The notes under the pieces are model-generated. The model made no database searches and was not told the DNA's origin. It worked only from the letters and a program-made list of their open reading frames with translations. From Octopus bimaculoides (Eukaryota), in contig NC_069000.1 in assembly GCF_001194135.2 (NCBI RefSeq), forward strand, positions 9,423,843 through 9,487,766: 63,924 nucleotides of DNA. Direction: 5' to 3'. How positions within the stretch are numbered: the stretch's first letter is position 1; each line of letters opens with the position of its first letter. The translations under genes and the position numbers were made by a program. Below are positions 62,891 to 63,924 of this stretch, one piece after another.

Positions 62891-63924
62891 ACAATGACGG
62901 TCGAACTATCGGTTAATATAGAGCTGTTTAACCGAACTATCACTTCAAAATTGATGAAAATCGGGTTTCATCACCAACTGTTAGAAACTGTCCGCAAGAA
63001 CAATTCAAACAAACAAACAAAAATATGCACCCCGAAAACAAAAAGATAATTTTGTACCCCATTCAGTCTGTAATCTCTCTTCATTCTCCAGCCATGGCCG
63101 TACTTTCTGGCCATTTATTAAAAATTCGCCAAATCTTACAAGATAGTTCCATAAACAAAGCTACTTACTGCTTTTTGCAGTTTTATATGCTTCCAGCTTG
63201 AACCGAGTGCTAAAGACCGGCAAAATGACGAACACTGGCATCATCCGATACCTCATTCTTATGTCAGCTTCTGTCTTCAACAGACTCTTCTTCTCTTAAC
63301 TCGATATGGATGAGTAAATATGGAGACATCGTATCATGTATGTGTGAGTGTGTATGCACACAATATGTAAATGAACTAGCAACCCAATAATTCTACAAAA
63401 ATAAAATTTCTTTTTGAATTTGTTAGCCAAAATAATAAACATTGTTATTTTTATTTCTTTCCTCCGAATTATCTATATTAGTATTCTCTTAAATTGTTTT
63501 CACGACTAAAATGATTTACATTACTTATAAAATTCGTCTGAAGAAACAATGGAGGAGAAAAGTTTAGCAGACGACAAAAGTTAGTCAACATAATTTCCTG
63601 TTTAGCCTTTTCCCCAGACTGCCTGGAAGAAACAGATGTATAAATTTACTTCCTAAGATTCTTTAATCGGAAATTTTTATTTATTTTTATCTTGGGATTT
63701 TTTATATATTACCGAACGATCGCCTTTTCAGTTTACAGTTGATACCGATGTCTGACAATTTCACATAAATGTCATTTAAATTTGAGGCCTAGTAATGATC
63801 AGCAAGGCATAGCGTGCCTTAAAATTTAACACACTCACCGGTAAAATTTCCACTTATTTTTTCTTTTTATTTTCCTAAAACTTTCGTTGCGTCTTGCAAC
63901 CTTATCAATAGTCAAGACTATATA

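Noticed and set aside
62729-63049. 106-aa plus-strand ORF
   Set aside because: It reads through a SINE-type repeat homologous to 3499-3683.

Overview
AT-rich animal (very likely cephalopod/octopus-type) scaffold DNA, mostly intronic or intergenic, with six N-gaps, four of them bordered by (TA)n. It contains no long intact coding sequence. It is dominated by SINE families, decayed LINE fragments (RTE-like, R4/Dong-like), DNA-transposon relics (maT/DD37D, mariner, piggyBac) and MITEs (TTAA-type, hAT-type, fold-back). CpG content splits the window into two CpG-depleted domains (about 1-31.8 kb and 33.7-58.4 kb) and two CpG-retaining domains (about 31.8-33.7 kb, promoter-like, and beyond 58.4 kb). 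This is visible directly by comparing copies of the same SINE. Several short minus-strand segments with canonical splice signals suggest a large micro-exon-rich gene running left from the 31.9 kb island, but I could not identify it and the model is tentative. The most unusual signal is a set of telomeric (TTAGGG) sequences tied to mobile DNA: a 219-bp GG..CC MITE with an 8-bp TSD whose TIRs run into inverted telomere arrays, a related 91-bp MITE, and a telomeric plus templated insertion inside a TTAA MITE. Species and family names are from recall of family hallmarks, not from database searches.
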